Shown here: in pieces, positions 38,021-47,739 of the stretch
Position numbering within the stretch: position 1 is the stretch's first letter
Layout of the letters: every line of letters starts with the position of its first letter
NCBI GenBank assembly: GCA_946406145.1
Contig: CAMJJL010000002.1
Coordinates: forward strand, 22,078 to 86,077
DNA: 64,000 nt
Direction of reading: 5' to 3'
Source of the DNA: an uncultured Clostridia bacterium
Lineage (GTDB): Bacteria; Bacillota; Clostridia; Oscillospirales; Acutalibacteraceae
The notes under the pieces: generated by a model
Databases searched by the model: none
What the model was told of the DNA's origin: nothing
The model's input: the letters and a program-made list of their open reading frames with translations, nothing else
Translations under genes and position numbers: made by a program

Positions 38021-38377
38021 ATGAGCACAAAAATCACTTACACACGGCAAGGCGACTATAATCTACCTAATCTAAAGCTACCGGATCAAGAACCGCGTGA
38101 GATCGGTATCTGGGGACAGCGGCGCAGACGTTATCTCAGAGAGCACCACAAGATTCTCTACTACAATCAGCTTACTTCTTGTAAGCTGATTGATCACCTT
38201 GCCGATATCAACGAGGAAGCAACGGAGATGTATGATCGTTTAGTCAGTCAATTTGCTGAACAGGAAGGTGTAACAGAACAGCTAAAAGCAGATAACCAAA
38301 TGCTGTGGGTTGCGAGAATGAACAATATTCGTAATCGAGTAACAGAAATAGTAAACAGCGAACTGATATATGTCTAA
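38021..38377 (+). CDS. tnpV: TnpV-family transposon-encoded protein
   Basis: MSTKITYTRQGDYNLPNLKLP...GIWGQRRRRYLREHH...EGVTEQLKADNQMLWVARMNNIRNRVTEIVNSELIY matches, from recall, the TnpV family of Tn4451-like elements. ATG 38021 follows AAGGAGG. Confidence 0.7.
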   Translation: MSTKITYTRQGDYNLPNLKLPDQEPREIGIWGQRRRRYLREHHKILYYNQLTSCKLIDHLADINEEATEMYDRLVSQFAEQEGVTEQLKADNQMLWVARMNNIRNRVTEIVNSELIYV

Positions 38378-38381
38378 AAAT

Positions 38382-38416
38382 ATTGGGAAGGCTGACCTTA
38401 AGTCAGCCTTCCCAAT
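38382..38416. terminator. Bidirectional terminator hairpin
   Basis: Perfect 15-bp stem ATTGGGAAGGCTGAC / GTCAGCCTTCCCAAT between convergent genes. Confidence 0.65.
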
Positions 38417-38481
38417 TCTAAGAATAATTCGTTTTTTTACACATCAATAAATATAGGGAGGAGGGTCAATTATTTCTGTGT

Positions 38482-39246
38482 TCATCTCTTTTTATACAGC
38501 ACGAGCTCCGGGTCGGCTCCGTCCGTGCCGTAGGTGCTTATCAGGATGAACTCCATATTGGCAAGTATGCCGAAGCATCTTTCCCCACTAAACTCCGACT
38601 CGAGCTGATTGCCAAGATAGGTAACCCCGTCGTCAAGGAATTTAACTTTCATCCCGTTCGGCAGTCGATATTCAAGATTAACGTACTTGCCGACGAGCGC
38701 GTTCAGCTTTTCGACCTTCGGCATGCCCTCGATATGGAGAGCATTGATCTCCTCGATCAGCTTCTGCTTAAATGCTTCAAACTCTCCGTTGTCGCTGAGT
38801 TCTTCATATCTTTTCCAGTAATCGAGCTTGGGGAGCATTTCTTTCATATACGCGCGCGCCTGTTCTTCGGAAAAGCCCTCCTTGACCATATGGGGTATAC
38901 AAACATTTATCAATTCATCCATATCGCTGTAGGTATACTCTCCGTCGGCATAGCACCATTTGCAGTAATCCTCATTCAGCGTTCCGTCCTGATTCCTTCC
39001 GATTAGTTCATCTTCGAGCGGCATACCGCAGCACTGGCAGATGAGCTGACGCGGCGCACCGAGCAGAGTGTTGATAGAAACGCTGAAAACATTCGATAGC
39101 AGCTTTAATGTTTCGGTATTCGGTACTGTTTCGCCGTTCTCCCAGCGTGATACTGCCTGACGGGTCACAAAAACCTTTTCGGCAAGCTCGTCCTGCGACA
39201 GACCGTTCTTTGTCCTGAGTTCATATAATACTTCCTTTGTGTCCAT
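38482..39246 (-). CDS. XRE-family HTH protein with a zinc-ribbon domain
   Basis: ATG 39246 follows AGGAGGTG. It has the HTH LRTKNGLSQDELAEKVFVTRQAVSRWENG, then CQCCGMPL...YCKWCY. Confidence 0.75.
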   Translation of the reverse strand: MDTKEVLYELRTKNGLSQDELAEKVFVTRQAVSRWENGETVPNTETLKLLSNVFSVSINTLLGAPRQLICQCCGMPLEDELIGRNQDGTLNEDYCKWCYADGEYTYSDMDELINVCIPHMVKEGFSEEQARAYMKEMLPKLDYWKRYEELSDNGEFEAFKQKLIEEINALHIEGMPKVEKLNALVGKYVNLEYRLPNGMKVKFLDDGVTYLGNQLESEFSGERCFGILANMEFILISTYGTDGADPELVLYKKR

Positions 39247-39319
39247 ATAAGCACCTCCTGATGGCATGATAACATAGAAACAATGCGATGAAAAGCAACC
39301 GGTTGTTGCTAATATTCGT

Positions 39320-39790
39320 CTATTCATCTTGAATTGATTTCCTCATGATCTCGTATACCATACACTTTCCGCCGCCGATATCTTCCTTGACATGCCTGAC
39401 GGTTTTATATCCTCTGTTCTCATAAAAGATGCAAGCGGGCAAGGAGGCCTCTAGCACACAGTCGTTAAAGCTTTCAAAGATCTCCTTTTCCAGCTCATCC
39501 ATGATCTTACTGCCGAATCCCTGTCCCTGATGCTCAGGAAGGACATACACTCTTGTGATGTGATTGTCGGTACGGCTGCCCGTACCGATAATCTCTCCGC
39601 CTTTCACCAAAACATTAACCTTGTTTTGTTCGATATCTTTTTTGATATTGTCTATGCTGTTAAGACCTCTGATAAAGTCGACGACCGCCGGTGTGTAATA
39701 ATCTGGATAGATGACAGCCTTTGTATGCCGAACGACATAGCACACTCTATCCGCATCATCCGGCCTCGCTTTTCTGTATGTAATAACCAT
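39320..39790 (-). CDS. GNAT-family N-acetyltransferase
   Basis: Starts at M56 of the track ORF (MVITYRKARPDDADRV). It has the acetyl-CoA motif PEHQGQGFGSKIM. Confidence 0.8.
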   Translation of the reverse strand: MVITYRKARPDDADRVCYVVRHTKAVIYPDYYTPAVVDFIRGLNSIDNIKKDIEQNKVNVLVKGGEIIGTGSRTDNHITRVYVLPEHQGQGFGSKIMDELEKEIFESFNDCVLEASLPACIFYENRGYKTVRHVKEDIGGGKCMVYEIMRKSIQDE

Positions 39791-39827
39791 TATAAACTCC
39801 CGTCTCTCACATAAATTAGAATTTGTT

Positions 39828-40556
39828 CTATTCTCTGTAGCAGAATGCAATGGATTCACAGATATACGCGGCTGTTCCGTTGCCGTGCTTGTCAATATGA
39901 TTTTTAAATCGTTCATCAGCGACATACATCTGACCGAGACCTGACAACACCTCATTTGTACAAAGGTAGTAGTTTTCGGTAATGAAGCTCTGCAATTTCT
40001 TCACAAGACCTTGCGCTGCGGCAGAGTCGGGGGATTCGCCGTTTCTCATACAAATCGCAAACTCTTCCATGATGCCGTCCATCTCTCCGGTAAGGTCATT
40101 CAATCTCTCTTTGGTGTAATTGACGGTTTTTTCTTCATATTGTCTGTATGCTTCGGTTTTACCCCATCTTTCTTTTGCTTCCTCACAGTATTTTTTATAT
40201 TCGCTGTTATCAAATGCACTCATAATATTTTCTCCTTTCACTGCGCCGTCAATGGCTGAAATCAATCTTTCCAGCCTTTCTTTTTTGAGTGTGAGCAGAT
40301 GTTTCTGTTCTGACAGCGCCTTGGTTTTGTCATAATGCGGAGATGATAAAAGGTCGCCGATACTTTTTAAAGAAAAATCAAGTTCACGGTAAAACAGAAT
40401 CTCCTGCATTCGAAGAACAGAGTCTCCGTCATAATAACGATAACCCGTGTTGCCGTCCGTAAAGGCAGGAGCCAGCAACCCGATTTCGTCGTAGTAATGC
40501 AGTGTGCGCACACTTACACCCGTTAATTCGGCAAATTCTTTAATACGCATTCGCAT
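39828..40556 (-). CDS. MerR-family regulator with a TipAS-like C-terminal domain
   Basis: Has MRIKEFAELTGVSVRTLHYYDEIGLL and a long helical C-terminal domain. ATG 40556 follows GAGGTGAT. Confidence 0.85.
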   Translation of the reverse strand: MRMRIKEFAELTGVSVRTLHYYDEIGLLAPAFTDGNTGYRYYDGDSVLRMQEILFYRELDFSLKSIGDLLSSPHYDKTKALSEQKHLLTLKKERLERLISAIDGAVKGENIMSAFDNSEYKKYCEEAKERWGKTEAYRQYEEKTVNYTKERLNDLTGEMDGIMEEFAICMRNGESPDSAAAQGLVKKLQSFITENYYLCTNEVLSGLGQMYVADERFKNHIDKHGNGTAAYICESIAFCYRE

Positions 40557-40667
40557 GATTATCACCTCGCAAAACAGAGTATACACTATGACGCAGCGTA
40601 AGAGTCAATACTGATTTGAAAAAATATGATATGGTTCTTTCTCAGCAAATTTCGATATATATTACTA

Positions 40668-41246
40668 CTATGATGATAGAAACTGCCTCAATGTATTTTC
40701 AGTAGAAAAGTGCGGGCAGAACGCTCCGATAAATGCTGATGTTCTCAGCTCATAGTCCGACTCAATCAGGACGACCTGCTCTCCAGCATTCTGAAAGCCT
40801 GCGATCATCCTTTGATTCTCTGCGATCAATCCGTCGATCGTTATATCGTGCTCAACCAATCTGGATTCGATATCGGACTCGTGTTTGATGATCGCGTCAA
40901 AGTGACTTTTGATATATTCGTCGGTCATCGTAAGACAGATGAATCGGATCGACGACAAATACCTGTCGTCTAAATCGTTCCGCCAGTCAAACGAGATATA
41001 GCAGCCCTCTACGATCAGGTTCTGCTCGTTCTCTATAGCGGTCTTAACCATCTCTCGAACAATCGGCCAGAGATACGCAGTCAGCGCCTCATCATCGCTC
41101 AAAGGCGTCAATTCCGTATTTCCGCTGCGGATAAGCCCCATCTTCAGATGGTCGATCGACAGATAGGGGTATTTGTATTGTTCCAGCATCCTTTGCGCGA
41201 GAAGCGTTTTCCCGGTGTGGGACGCTCCGGTTATCAGTATGATCAT
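40668..41246 (-). CDS. P-loop kinase-like ATPase
   Basis: 192-aa ORF with the N-terminal Walker A GASHTGKT. Confidence 0.6.
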   Translation of the reverse strand: MIILITGASHTGKTLLAQRMLEQYKYPYLSIDHLKMGLIRSGNTELTPLSDDEALTAYLWPIVREMVKTAIENEQNLIVEGCYISFDWRNDLDDRYLSSIRFICLTMTDEYIKSHFDAIIKHESDIESRLVEHDITIDGLIAENQRMIAGFQNAGEQVVLIESDYELRTSAFIGAFCPHFSTENTLRQFLSS

Positions 41247-41311
41247 AGGTTTCTTTCTCTCTTATCATCACAAACTAGTCAAACGCCATTGACTTTACTC
41301 CTTTTATGCAT

Positions 41312-41932
41312 TCATTGCGCATTGATTTCATTTTGTAAAATCTCCAGGAATCTGCCCGCGTGAGAGCCGTCCATCTGTGTGTGATGGAATTGGAATGAGA
41401 TCGGCAGCTCGTATTGCAAGTCCTTTTTGCGGTATCTGCCCCAACTGATAAAAGGATTGTTGAAGATACCTGTGTTCATGCCGACGATGCCGTCAAGTTC
41501 GGTTTCGATGATCGCCGATGTACCGATGACCATACTGTCGCTCGACAGGTCAGTGTTTTCACAGTGTTCACAGACCCATGAGGTGTTTTCCAGATATGCG
41601 CAGTTGAATTTTTCCAAATCCTCTGCATATGGGATATCGCAGAAGTTGATATCGCCGCACTTGTTGTTCACGATTGTGCTGACGGCGATCGTATCATATT
41701 GCATTAGTTTTTCGCCGACAGGGAGGGTGTAGAACACATCAATTCCTACGGCGGCTTTGGCGATGCAATAACAAAGCAGCATATTGAATTTCAGCTTCTT
41801 TTTTCTGCTGACTGTCAGCAGATTGGTAACGTCAAGCGTTTTGAAAAACGTCACCATCGGGTTCGGCGCTTTCATCCATAACTCGAACGCCGTCGCTCTT
41901 GAGCTTTCCGCCGGATTGATTTCTTTTAGCAT
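41312..41932 (-). CDS. CatA-like (chloramphenicol acetyltransferase family) O-acetyltransferase, divergent
   Basis: 206-aa ORF with the active-site region FQFHHTQMDGSH (compare CAT HHAVCDGFH). The N-terminus aligns with the CAT N-terminal strand region. Confidence 0.7.
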   Translation of the reverse strand: MLKEINPAESSRATAFELWMKAPNPMVTFFKTLDVTNLLTVSRKKKLKFNMLLCYCIAKAAVGIDVFYTLPVGEKLMQYDTIAVSTIVNNKCGDINFCDIPYAEDLEKFNCAYLENTSWVCEHCENTDLSSDSMVIGTSAIIETELDGIVGMNTGIFNNPFISWGRYRKKDLQYELPISFQFHHTQMDGSHAGRFLEILQNEINAQ

Positions 41933-42371
41933 GATTTTTCCTCTTTCTGTAAATCATCGGCACGAATCGGATACCGCTTTCTTCCTGCGGTTCGGCGGTT
42001 TTGGTGAAGCCGAGCTTTTCGTATATACCGTCTGCGTACAGCGACGAATTGACCGTGATCTCATCTTTGTCGCTGTCGGCGAGAAAGGCGTTCCACAGTC
42101 TTCTGCCAATCCCCTGACGGTGATATGCGCCGTCCACAAAGAACAGCGCGATATGGCTGTCCTCGTTTCTCGATGCGAGAATACCAATCAAAGTTTCTCC
42201 ACCAAACGCACCGTATGCGGAAAGCTGACTGAGAAAGCCTTCGTCATGTATCGCATCCCAAAACGCCTGTGTTCCCGAAGCCGGATAATTCACCGCCTCA
42301 TATTCATTGAACACCTTCCACACCAGCGGCAAGGCATTGATGATTTCCTGTTTTGTCAGTTTCTTGATCAT
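41832..42371 (-). CDS. GNAT-family N-acetyltransferase
   Basis: 179-aa ORF with the motif YHRQGIGRRLW. Its 3' tail runs about 100 nt into the CAT-like gene. Confidence 0.75.
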   Translation of the reverse strand: MIKKLTKQEIINALPLVWKVFNEYEAVNYPASGTQAFWDAIHDEGFLSQLSAYGAFGGETLIGILASRNEDSHIALFFVDGAYHRQGIGRRLWNAFLADSDKDEITVNSSLYADGIYEKLGFTKTAEPQEESGIRFVPMIYRKRKNHAKRNQSGGKLKSDGVRVMDESAEPDGDVFQNA

Positions 42372-42373
42372 AG

Positions 42374-42793
42374 CTAATGCCCTCTGTGTTTTTCTTTACG
42401 TTTCTGTTGTTTCAGTTCGAACTGCCGCTGCTTTTCGGCTTCTCTTTGCTCGCGGGAGAGCTGCCTGCGTTCTGTCTTGTTTTCTTCATACTGCTTTTGC
42501 AGCGCCTGCTGCGATTTGGTGCCGATACCGGTGGTTTTCAACTGCTTTCGTGCGTTTCGCTGACGACGTTTGGGATTGTCCGCCTTTTGCTTTATCTCCG
42601 TTTCCACCGGCGTGCTGTATTTCAAATGATAGTAATGCTTCAGGATAAAATCAAAAATTTCCGCGTCTGTCGGCTCCGCGCCGAATACTATCCTGCAAAC
42701 GGACAACTTTCTGTTGTCGATTTTTTCAAACACACCTACCCAGAACGGCTCTTCAAGGTAAACTGTCAGCTTTGACTCAACCGACCGTTCCAT
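42374..42793 (-). CDS. YjdF/DUF2992-like protein
   Basis: Has KLTVYLEEPFWVGVFEKI at the N-terminus and a Lys/Arg/Gln-rich tail. The start (42793 or 42808) is uncertain. Confidence 0.6.
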   Translation of the reverse strand: MERSVESKLTVYLEEPFWVGVFEKIDNRKLSVCRIVFGAEPTDAEIFDFILKHYYHLKYSTPVETEIKQKADNPKRRQRNARKQLKTTGIGTKSQQALQKQYEENKTERRQLSREQREAEKQRQFELKQQKRKEKHRGH

Positions 42794-43463
42794 TGACGAT
42801 CTCGGCATACTGTTCCTCAGGTATCATCGGCGAGGTGATTTCCTTTAGCAGCTCCTCACTGATGTTACCGCTCTCGGCGTATTGCTTACCTGCCTCTCTG
42901 ACTTTCTCTAATCGCGGTACGGTGACGACCGCCGCCTCGGGAGCGTTGAACATCGGGCTTTCGGGTACGGTGATCATCGTGTGGTTATTGGGGAAGCATC
43001 TTGTAAACTGCATGACCGCAGGCTCAAAATTATGCTTGCTGTTCGGGAAGCCGCAGCCGCAGATCATCACATAACGAAGGTGGCTGAAATCCGCCTGACC
43101 GACGTGCTCGTAGCGGTCGCCGACCTTGTGCATCGCCATACTGCTCAGCGGCAGGGTGCGATCAAGTAATGCCTTGAGCGGCGCGGGCATACCGTAGCAG
43201 TACAGCGGATAGCTCCAAATCAGCAAATCACTGTCGAGAATCTCTTCCAGTATCCCGCGCATATCGTCATGATGGATGCACTCGCCGCCGTTGCGCATAC
43301 AGGCAAAACAGCCTGTGCAGTATTCGATATACTTGTCGATTGCATGGATAATATGTACCTCGTTCTCCGATACCTCGTTCATCCCGTCCAGAAAGGCGCG
43401 GGTGATATGCATGGTGTCGCTTTTCTCTCTCTTGGGACTTCCGTTGATGACCAAAATCTTCAT
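42777..43463 (-). CDS. Flavodoxin-fold NAD(P)H-dependent FMN reductase-like protein
   Basis: Has an MKILVINGSPKREKS N-terminus and a CxxC pair (CTGCFAC). Confidence 0.75.
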   Translation of the reverse strand: MKILVINGSPKREKSDTMHITRAFLDGMNEVSENEVHIIHAIDKYIEYCTGCFACMRNGGECIHHDDMRGILEEILDSDLLIWSYPLYCYGMPAPLKALLDRTLPLSSMAMHKVGDRYEHVGQADFSHLRYVMICGCGFPNSKHNFEPAVMQFTRCFPNNHTMITVPESPMFNAPEAAVVTVPRLEKVREAGKQYAESGNISEELLKEITSPMIPEEQYAEIVNGTVG

Positions 43464-43464
43464 G

Positions 43465-44187
43465 TTATGCTCCTCTCTTTCTCAATACTATCTTGATGAA
43501 ATCCAGATATTTTCCACCGCCCGCATCCATCGCCTTACGGTCGCCGACAGCGTATTCGTTTTCCTGACGCAGCCAGTCAGCCCATACCTCGTCATTTGAC
43601 TCCATCTCGGATACTTCCAAGATATCAGCGCCCTTACACCCTCTGACGATACGCTGCCAGTAGGAAACGTCGTGCAGATAGTCGAGCTGTTCGGGCGTCC
43701 ACGACAACAGCAGCTCCGGCGGCAGATCGTCGTGACAATCCTGTTTCATCCCGGGAACGGTGATGTAGATATAGCCGCCCTTCCTGATAAACGGCAACAG
43801 CTTGCTGTCGAGATATTCGGGATCGCGCCCGAAATAATTATACGAATCCGTCGATACAACCGCGTCGAAGAATTCCTTCTCAAACGGCAGGTTTTCAGCG
43901 TCTGCCTTGACGGGAATGAGCTGCTCCTCGCTCAGACCCATAGAGCGAAAGAACAGTCGGTTTTCCTCCGGGTCGCTCCACAGGTCGGCGGCATAGACTT
44001 TGAAGCCGTATTCCTTTACCAGAAAGACGCTTGTCAAGCCCTGCCCGCTGCCGAGGTCGCAGACAGTCGCGCCTGCGGGGATGAGATGATTTGTCAAGAG
44101 CTCTTCTTCGAGCTTGACGGGATTCGGCCCCATGATCTTTTTCATTAGATCGTCGGTCATATATTTATCACTCAGTGGGTAATTCAT
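43465..44187 (-). CDS. Class I SAM-dependent methyltransferase
   Basis: Has the motif I sequence VCDLGSGQGLTS. Confidence 0.8.
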   Translation of the reverse strand: MNYPLSDKYMTDDLMKKIMGPNPVKLEEELLTNHLIPAGATVCDLGSGQGLTSVFLVKEYGFKVYAADLWSDPEENRLFFRSMGLSEEQLIPVKADAENLPFEKEFFDAVVSTDSYNYFGRDPEYLDSKLLPFIRKGGYIYITVPGMKQDCHDDLPPELLLSWTPEQLDYLHDVSYWQRIVRGCKGADILEVSEMESNDEVWADWLRQENEYAVGDRKAMDAGGGKYLDFIKIVLRKRGA

Positions 44188-44786
44188 GCTTTCCTCCTAA
44201 ATAACAACCAGCCCTTGATCATCAGAATCGCAAAACAGAATATGCCGGCGTAGGGCTGTCGGGTGATCATAAACAGCAGACACGCGATAACAGATAAAGC
44301 GATACCTGTGATCAATCGGTGCTTACTCCAAATCGGCTTGTCAAATCGGCTGATGATCAGTCCGCAGACGCCGTTCAATACGGTCATGCCGATGATAACA
44401 GCATAAACAATTTTTATCCAAAGCGGCGTGCCTTTAATCGCAAACAAAGAAACTGACGAAGCGTCCGCACCGTTGCCGAAGATCGGTATAAAGAGCATTA
44501 AAGCCGTAAACACATCTAATACATGACACAACAGTGAGGTGTAATTACCGATCAGCTCCCGTTTTTCTTCCTCTGCCGCGGTGATGATCTCATCCGGAGA
44601 GATCAGTTCGTCAACGGTCACGGAAAAGAATTTGGCAAGCTCCTTGAGCGAGTCGATATTCGGGTAGCCTCTGCCGGATTCCCATTTTGATACGGCGGTT
44701 CTGGATACAAAGATCGCCTTCGCCAGTTCCTCCTGCGTCAATCCTTTGTTTTTTCTTAATTGCTGTAGTTTTTCATTGAACTCCAT
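44184..44786 (-). CDS. XRE-family HTH protein with a membrane-spanning C-terminal region
   Basis: Has the HTH LRKNKGLTQEELAKAIFVSRTAVSKWESG followed by hydrophobic segments. Confidence 0.8.
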   Translation of the reverse strand: MEFNEKLQQLRKNKGLTQEELAKAIFVSRTAVSKWESGRGYPNIDSLKELAKFFSVTVDELISPDEIITAAEEEKRELIGNYTSLLCHVLDVFTALMLFIPIFGNGADASSVSLFAIKGTPLWIKIVYAVIIGMTVLNGVCGLIISRFDKPIWSKHRLITGIALSVIACLLFMITRQPYAGIFCFAILMIKGWLLFRRKA

Positions 44787-45453
44787 TTTTGTTCCTCATA
44801 TCTGTTGCGGTTACCGCGCTTTGGTAGAGCTTGAATAAGCCGAGACTCAGCAGGATAGAGCCGATGATATCCGTCGCCCAGTGAACGCCTGCTGCCAATC
44901 TGCCGATCACCATAAAGGCAGAAAACAGAATTACAAGTATCATGGTGATTTGTTTCACCGGCTGATTCTTACATCTTCTGTTGATCTGAAATACCAACGT
45001 CGGCATAACGGACAGCACCAAAAGCGTTGTTGACGACGGATAGGACGCTTCCAAAAACCCGTCGATCAGGATCGGGCGGTAATTGATCGGAACCATCTCA
45101 AAGAACAGATAGCCGAAAATCACCAGAATGTAATAGCCGCCTAACAGCAGAATGTCCGCGTCGACCTTGAACAGACTCCTTCTTTTGATGAGTTGAACCA
45201 GCCCCAAACAGCCGAAGCACAGGCATACGGCGATCGGCACTAATCCCAGCCAGTCGGTGACGGTATACAACGTCATTTGTACGCCTGTCAGCTGATGGAA
45301 CCATGTGTTGAAGGTTGCAAGCCCCACCTTCGATTCATTCGGTCCCGCTGCCTGCACATCGATGAACAGAATCAATATCGTCCACAGCGCAAATGCGATT
45401 AATAAAAATATCCCTGTTGTCAAATTCCTTTTCAATACGATCAGTCCTTTCAA
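44773..45453 (-). CDS. PAP2-family membrane phosphatase
   Basis: Multi-pass membrane ORF with the C-terminal PAP2 motif AAGVHWATDIIGS. Confidence 0.7.
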   Translation of the reverse strand: MKGLIVLKRNLTTGIFLLIAFALWTILILFIDVQAAGPNESKVGLATFNTWFHQLTGVQMTLYTVTDWLGLVPIAVCLCFGCLGLVQLIKRRSLFKVDADILLLGGYYILVIFGYLFFEMVPINYRPILIDGFLEASYPSSTTLLVLSVMPTLVFQINRRCKNQPVKQITMILVILFSAFMVIGRLAAGVHWATDIIGSILLSLGLFKLYQSAVTATDMRNKNGVQ

Positions 45454-45535
45454 ATGAGTTGATTTGAAAGTAACACAGATTGAGCAAAAAGGAAAGAAAC
45501 GCTCCGTTACACGGGCGACACGATGCGTGTCAACG

Positions 45536-46066
45536 TTAATTTTGGTTTAAATACGCTTCAAATTCAGGCGTTCTCGACCAATATTTGACGCCCCAGTTTT
45601 CAAAGCCCCATTCTTCCATATAGCTGTTGCACTCGTAGTCAATATAGTAGAGCAAGCCATCTTGCACGACAAAGTTTGTCGGGAAGTAGTCAATATTCAG
45701 CCCTGCCGCTTTTGCCAGCTCTGCCATTTCTCTGACTTGTGGTAGATAATTGTCAACAGATTCTCCTCTTTTAACCATATCAAATACGGTATCGCCGTCG
45801 ATATACTCCTTAACAATCAGCTCGTTTTCGATATCAATATCAAGCATTTTGGGAATTCTGATTCCCACGTTTTTCAGCTGTTCATAATCATTTTGCTCGG
45901 CTTCGATTTTGTTGCCGAAAGTGTAGTAATCACACGGCTCATGGTGAATCTGCTTGATGACATAACGTTTGCCGTCACGCTGAGTAAGGTAGGAATAACC
46001 ACCTTTGCCCTTACCGAGCAGCTTCATAACGCTGTATGATACATTGTTAACAGTTATGTTGTTCAT
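45536..46066 (-). CDS. Small protein-kinase-fold / phosphotransferase-like protein
   Basis: Starts at M30 (MNNITVNNV...), directly after the upstream stop. It has a Gly-rich loop LGKGKGGYSYL and a lysine in YVIKQI. Confidence 0.55.
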   Translation of the reverse strand: MNNITVNNVSYSVMKLLGKGKGGYSYLTQRDGKRYVIKQIHHEPCDYYTFGNKIEAEQNDYEQLKNVGIRIPKMLDIDIENELIVKEYIDGDTVFDMVKRGESVDNYLPQVREMAELAKAAGLNIDYFPTNFVVQDGLLYYIDYECNSYMEEWGFENWGVKYWSRTPEFEAYLNQN

Positions 46067-46067
46067 A

Positions 46068-46937
46068 TTAATTGCCTCTTTTCCAATAGAAAGAAAAATG
46101 CCTGTCCTTACGGAATCCGAGTTTTTCGTAAAACGGCATATCGGACAGTACATATGCTTTCTTCGCGCCGAGTGATCTTGCGCGGTTCAGCGCTTCATAG
46201 ATCACTGCTTTCGCAACGCCTTTTCCTCTATCAACAGGGATGGTACAGACCGGTTCAACATAAGCGTAGTCGGTCTTGTCCGAGTACCACAAACAGCAGT
46301 AGGCGACCTTTTCACTGTCGGTATTCTCGACCGCTACGCTGAGATACGGATTCAAATGCGGACGATCCTGCGGGATGATCTGCTCCCGCTTTTCAAATTC
46401 CGCTTTTTTTGTTCCGTGGTCAAAGCCCTGCCACAAGAGCCATTGGAATTCATATGGTTCTTTCACAGGGTCAAGCTGTGCATAGTGCAAGCCGTCGGAC
46501 AGATCAGCGGAAAGCGCCTTATCGAGATCGAGCCGCATCACGGTCTCCGTTTGTTCGGAGATCACAAAACCCGACGCTTTTGCCGCGTTTATCTCATCGG
46601 CGCAATCGTCGCAAATTGCGATACCCAAGCCGTTTTCATCTTTTAGCTCACGATAAGCATAGTCGAGGAGCTCGGGGTAGATCGAACTATATTCCGGCAA
46701 AACGCCGACAAACGCCTCACCGAAATACATATCGTAGATCGCCGCGCCGACGACCTTCCCGCCATCCGTCCAAAGCCCGATAGCGTTCATCAGGCTTTTG
46801 TCGAATTCAGGGTGCTCCATCATCCACTCGAACCGTCCCCAGTTCCAGTTGATGTGATATTGATTTTCACGGTTCATGTCGATCAAAAAGTCACAGACCG
46901 CTTCATAATCTTCACTGCTGTAGTTTTTGAATTTCAT
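46068..46937 (-). CDS. GNAT-family N-acetyltransferase (two-domain type)
   Basis: 289-aa ORF with the C-terminal motif VDRGKGVAKAVIYEAL. Confidence 0.7.
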   Translation of the reverse strand: MKFKNYSSEDYEAVCDFLIDMNRENQYHINWNWGRFEWMMEHPEFDKSLMNAIGLWTDGGKVVGAAIYDMYFGEAFVGVLPEYSSIYPELLDYAYRELKDENGLGIAICDDCADEINAAKASGFVISEQTETVMRLDLDKALSADLSDGLHYAQLDPVKEPYEFQWLLWQGFDHGTKKAEFEKREQIIPQDRPHLNPYLSVAVENTDSEKVAYCCLWYSDKTDYAYVEPVCTIPVDRGKGVAKAVIYEALNRARSLGAKKAYVLSDMPFYEKLGFRKDRHFSFYWKRGN

Positions 46938-47358
46938 AGCTTCCTCCTCGTATCATCTTGAACATTCCCGGACCGTCCCAGTCGCAGGGGCGCTCTTCAA
47001 AGCCGTGTTTTTGATAGAATCCGACCGCTTCCTTTGAGCTGATCAGCTCCAGACTGACCGCCCAATCGGGGGCGATGTTTTCTTTGATATAATCTTCCAA
47101 GGCATTCAGCAGCAATGTGCCGGCGCCCTTTGACTGGTATGCGGGGATGACGGCGAAATCCTTGATATAAAACGACATACCGCCGTCGCCGATCAGCCGC
47201 ACCATGCCGACAGGCGTATCATGATCGTATGCGGTGAAGGTCGCGACTGTATTCATGAGCGCTTTTTCGATTTGCTCAATGCCGGGCGGCTCCCAGCCGA
47301 CCGAGGTGTACAACTGCAGGAATAATTCAGCCGACAGACTGTTCGTTTTTACGGTCAT
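46912..47358 (-). CDS. GNAT-family N-acetyltransferase
   Basis: ATG 47358 follows AAGGAGAA. It has the motif PAYQSKGAGTLLL. Confidence 0.8.
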   Translation of the reverse strand: MTVKTNSLSAELFLQLYTSVGWEPPGIEQIEKALMNTVATFTAYDHDTPVGMVRLIGDGGMSFYIKDFAVIPAYQSKGAGTLLLNALEDYIKENIAPDWAVSLELISSKEAVGFYQKHGFEERPCDWDGPGMFKMIRGGSYEIQKLQQ

Positions 47359-47739
47359 GTGATTCTCCTTTTCTGCTTTTCTTCCATGGACGCACCTGTT
47401 CTGTCCAGCCCTTTTCCTTCCAGTAGCGCACATCCGCCTCGTTCCAGCCGTTCTTCTGAACTATACGCATGATCGTAAAGAATCCCTTCGTTCTTAAGCC
47501 CGGCTTTACTCTGCCGATGTTCTTCATGATCTTTGATGCGATGGAATCGGTTTTCTTTTCGATTTTGTTTTTCTTCTTTTCGTTTACGCTGTTCCAATCA
47601 ACTTTCCTCCCACTGCTCCTTTGTTAAATATGTAAAATGCTCTGTTCTGACATACAACCCCTCTGAATCAGCTTCAATCTACGTACACAGAATCAATCTG
47701 TTTGTTAATATCTCCATGATTTCGCTTCTTTCTGATTCA

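Noticed and set aside
37684-38050. Possibility that the att core belongs to a tmRNA (ssrA) rather than a tRNA, given the alanine-type G3:U70 acceptor and T-arm.
   Set aside because: GGGGGTG lies only 82 nt from the CCA end, and a plain anticodon-arm-like hairpin is present. The flanking DNA to the right encodes proteins on the plus strand (a 58-aa ORF and TnpV), with no tag-peptide reading frame or pseudoknot-sized region.
47327-47597. Two overlapping small basic ORFs (66 aa and 80 aa, minus strand) between the GNAT and the beta-lactamase-fold gene.
   Set aside because: They occupy mutually exclusive frames, one overlaps the GNAT start, and they have no recognisable motif or convincing RBS. 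They may be a decayed gene remnant, but I cannot support a call.
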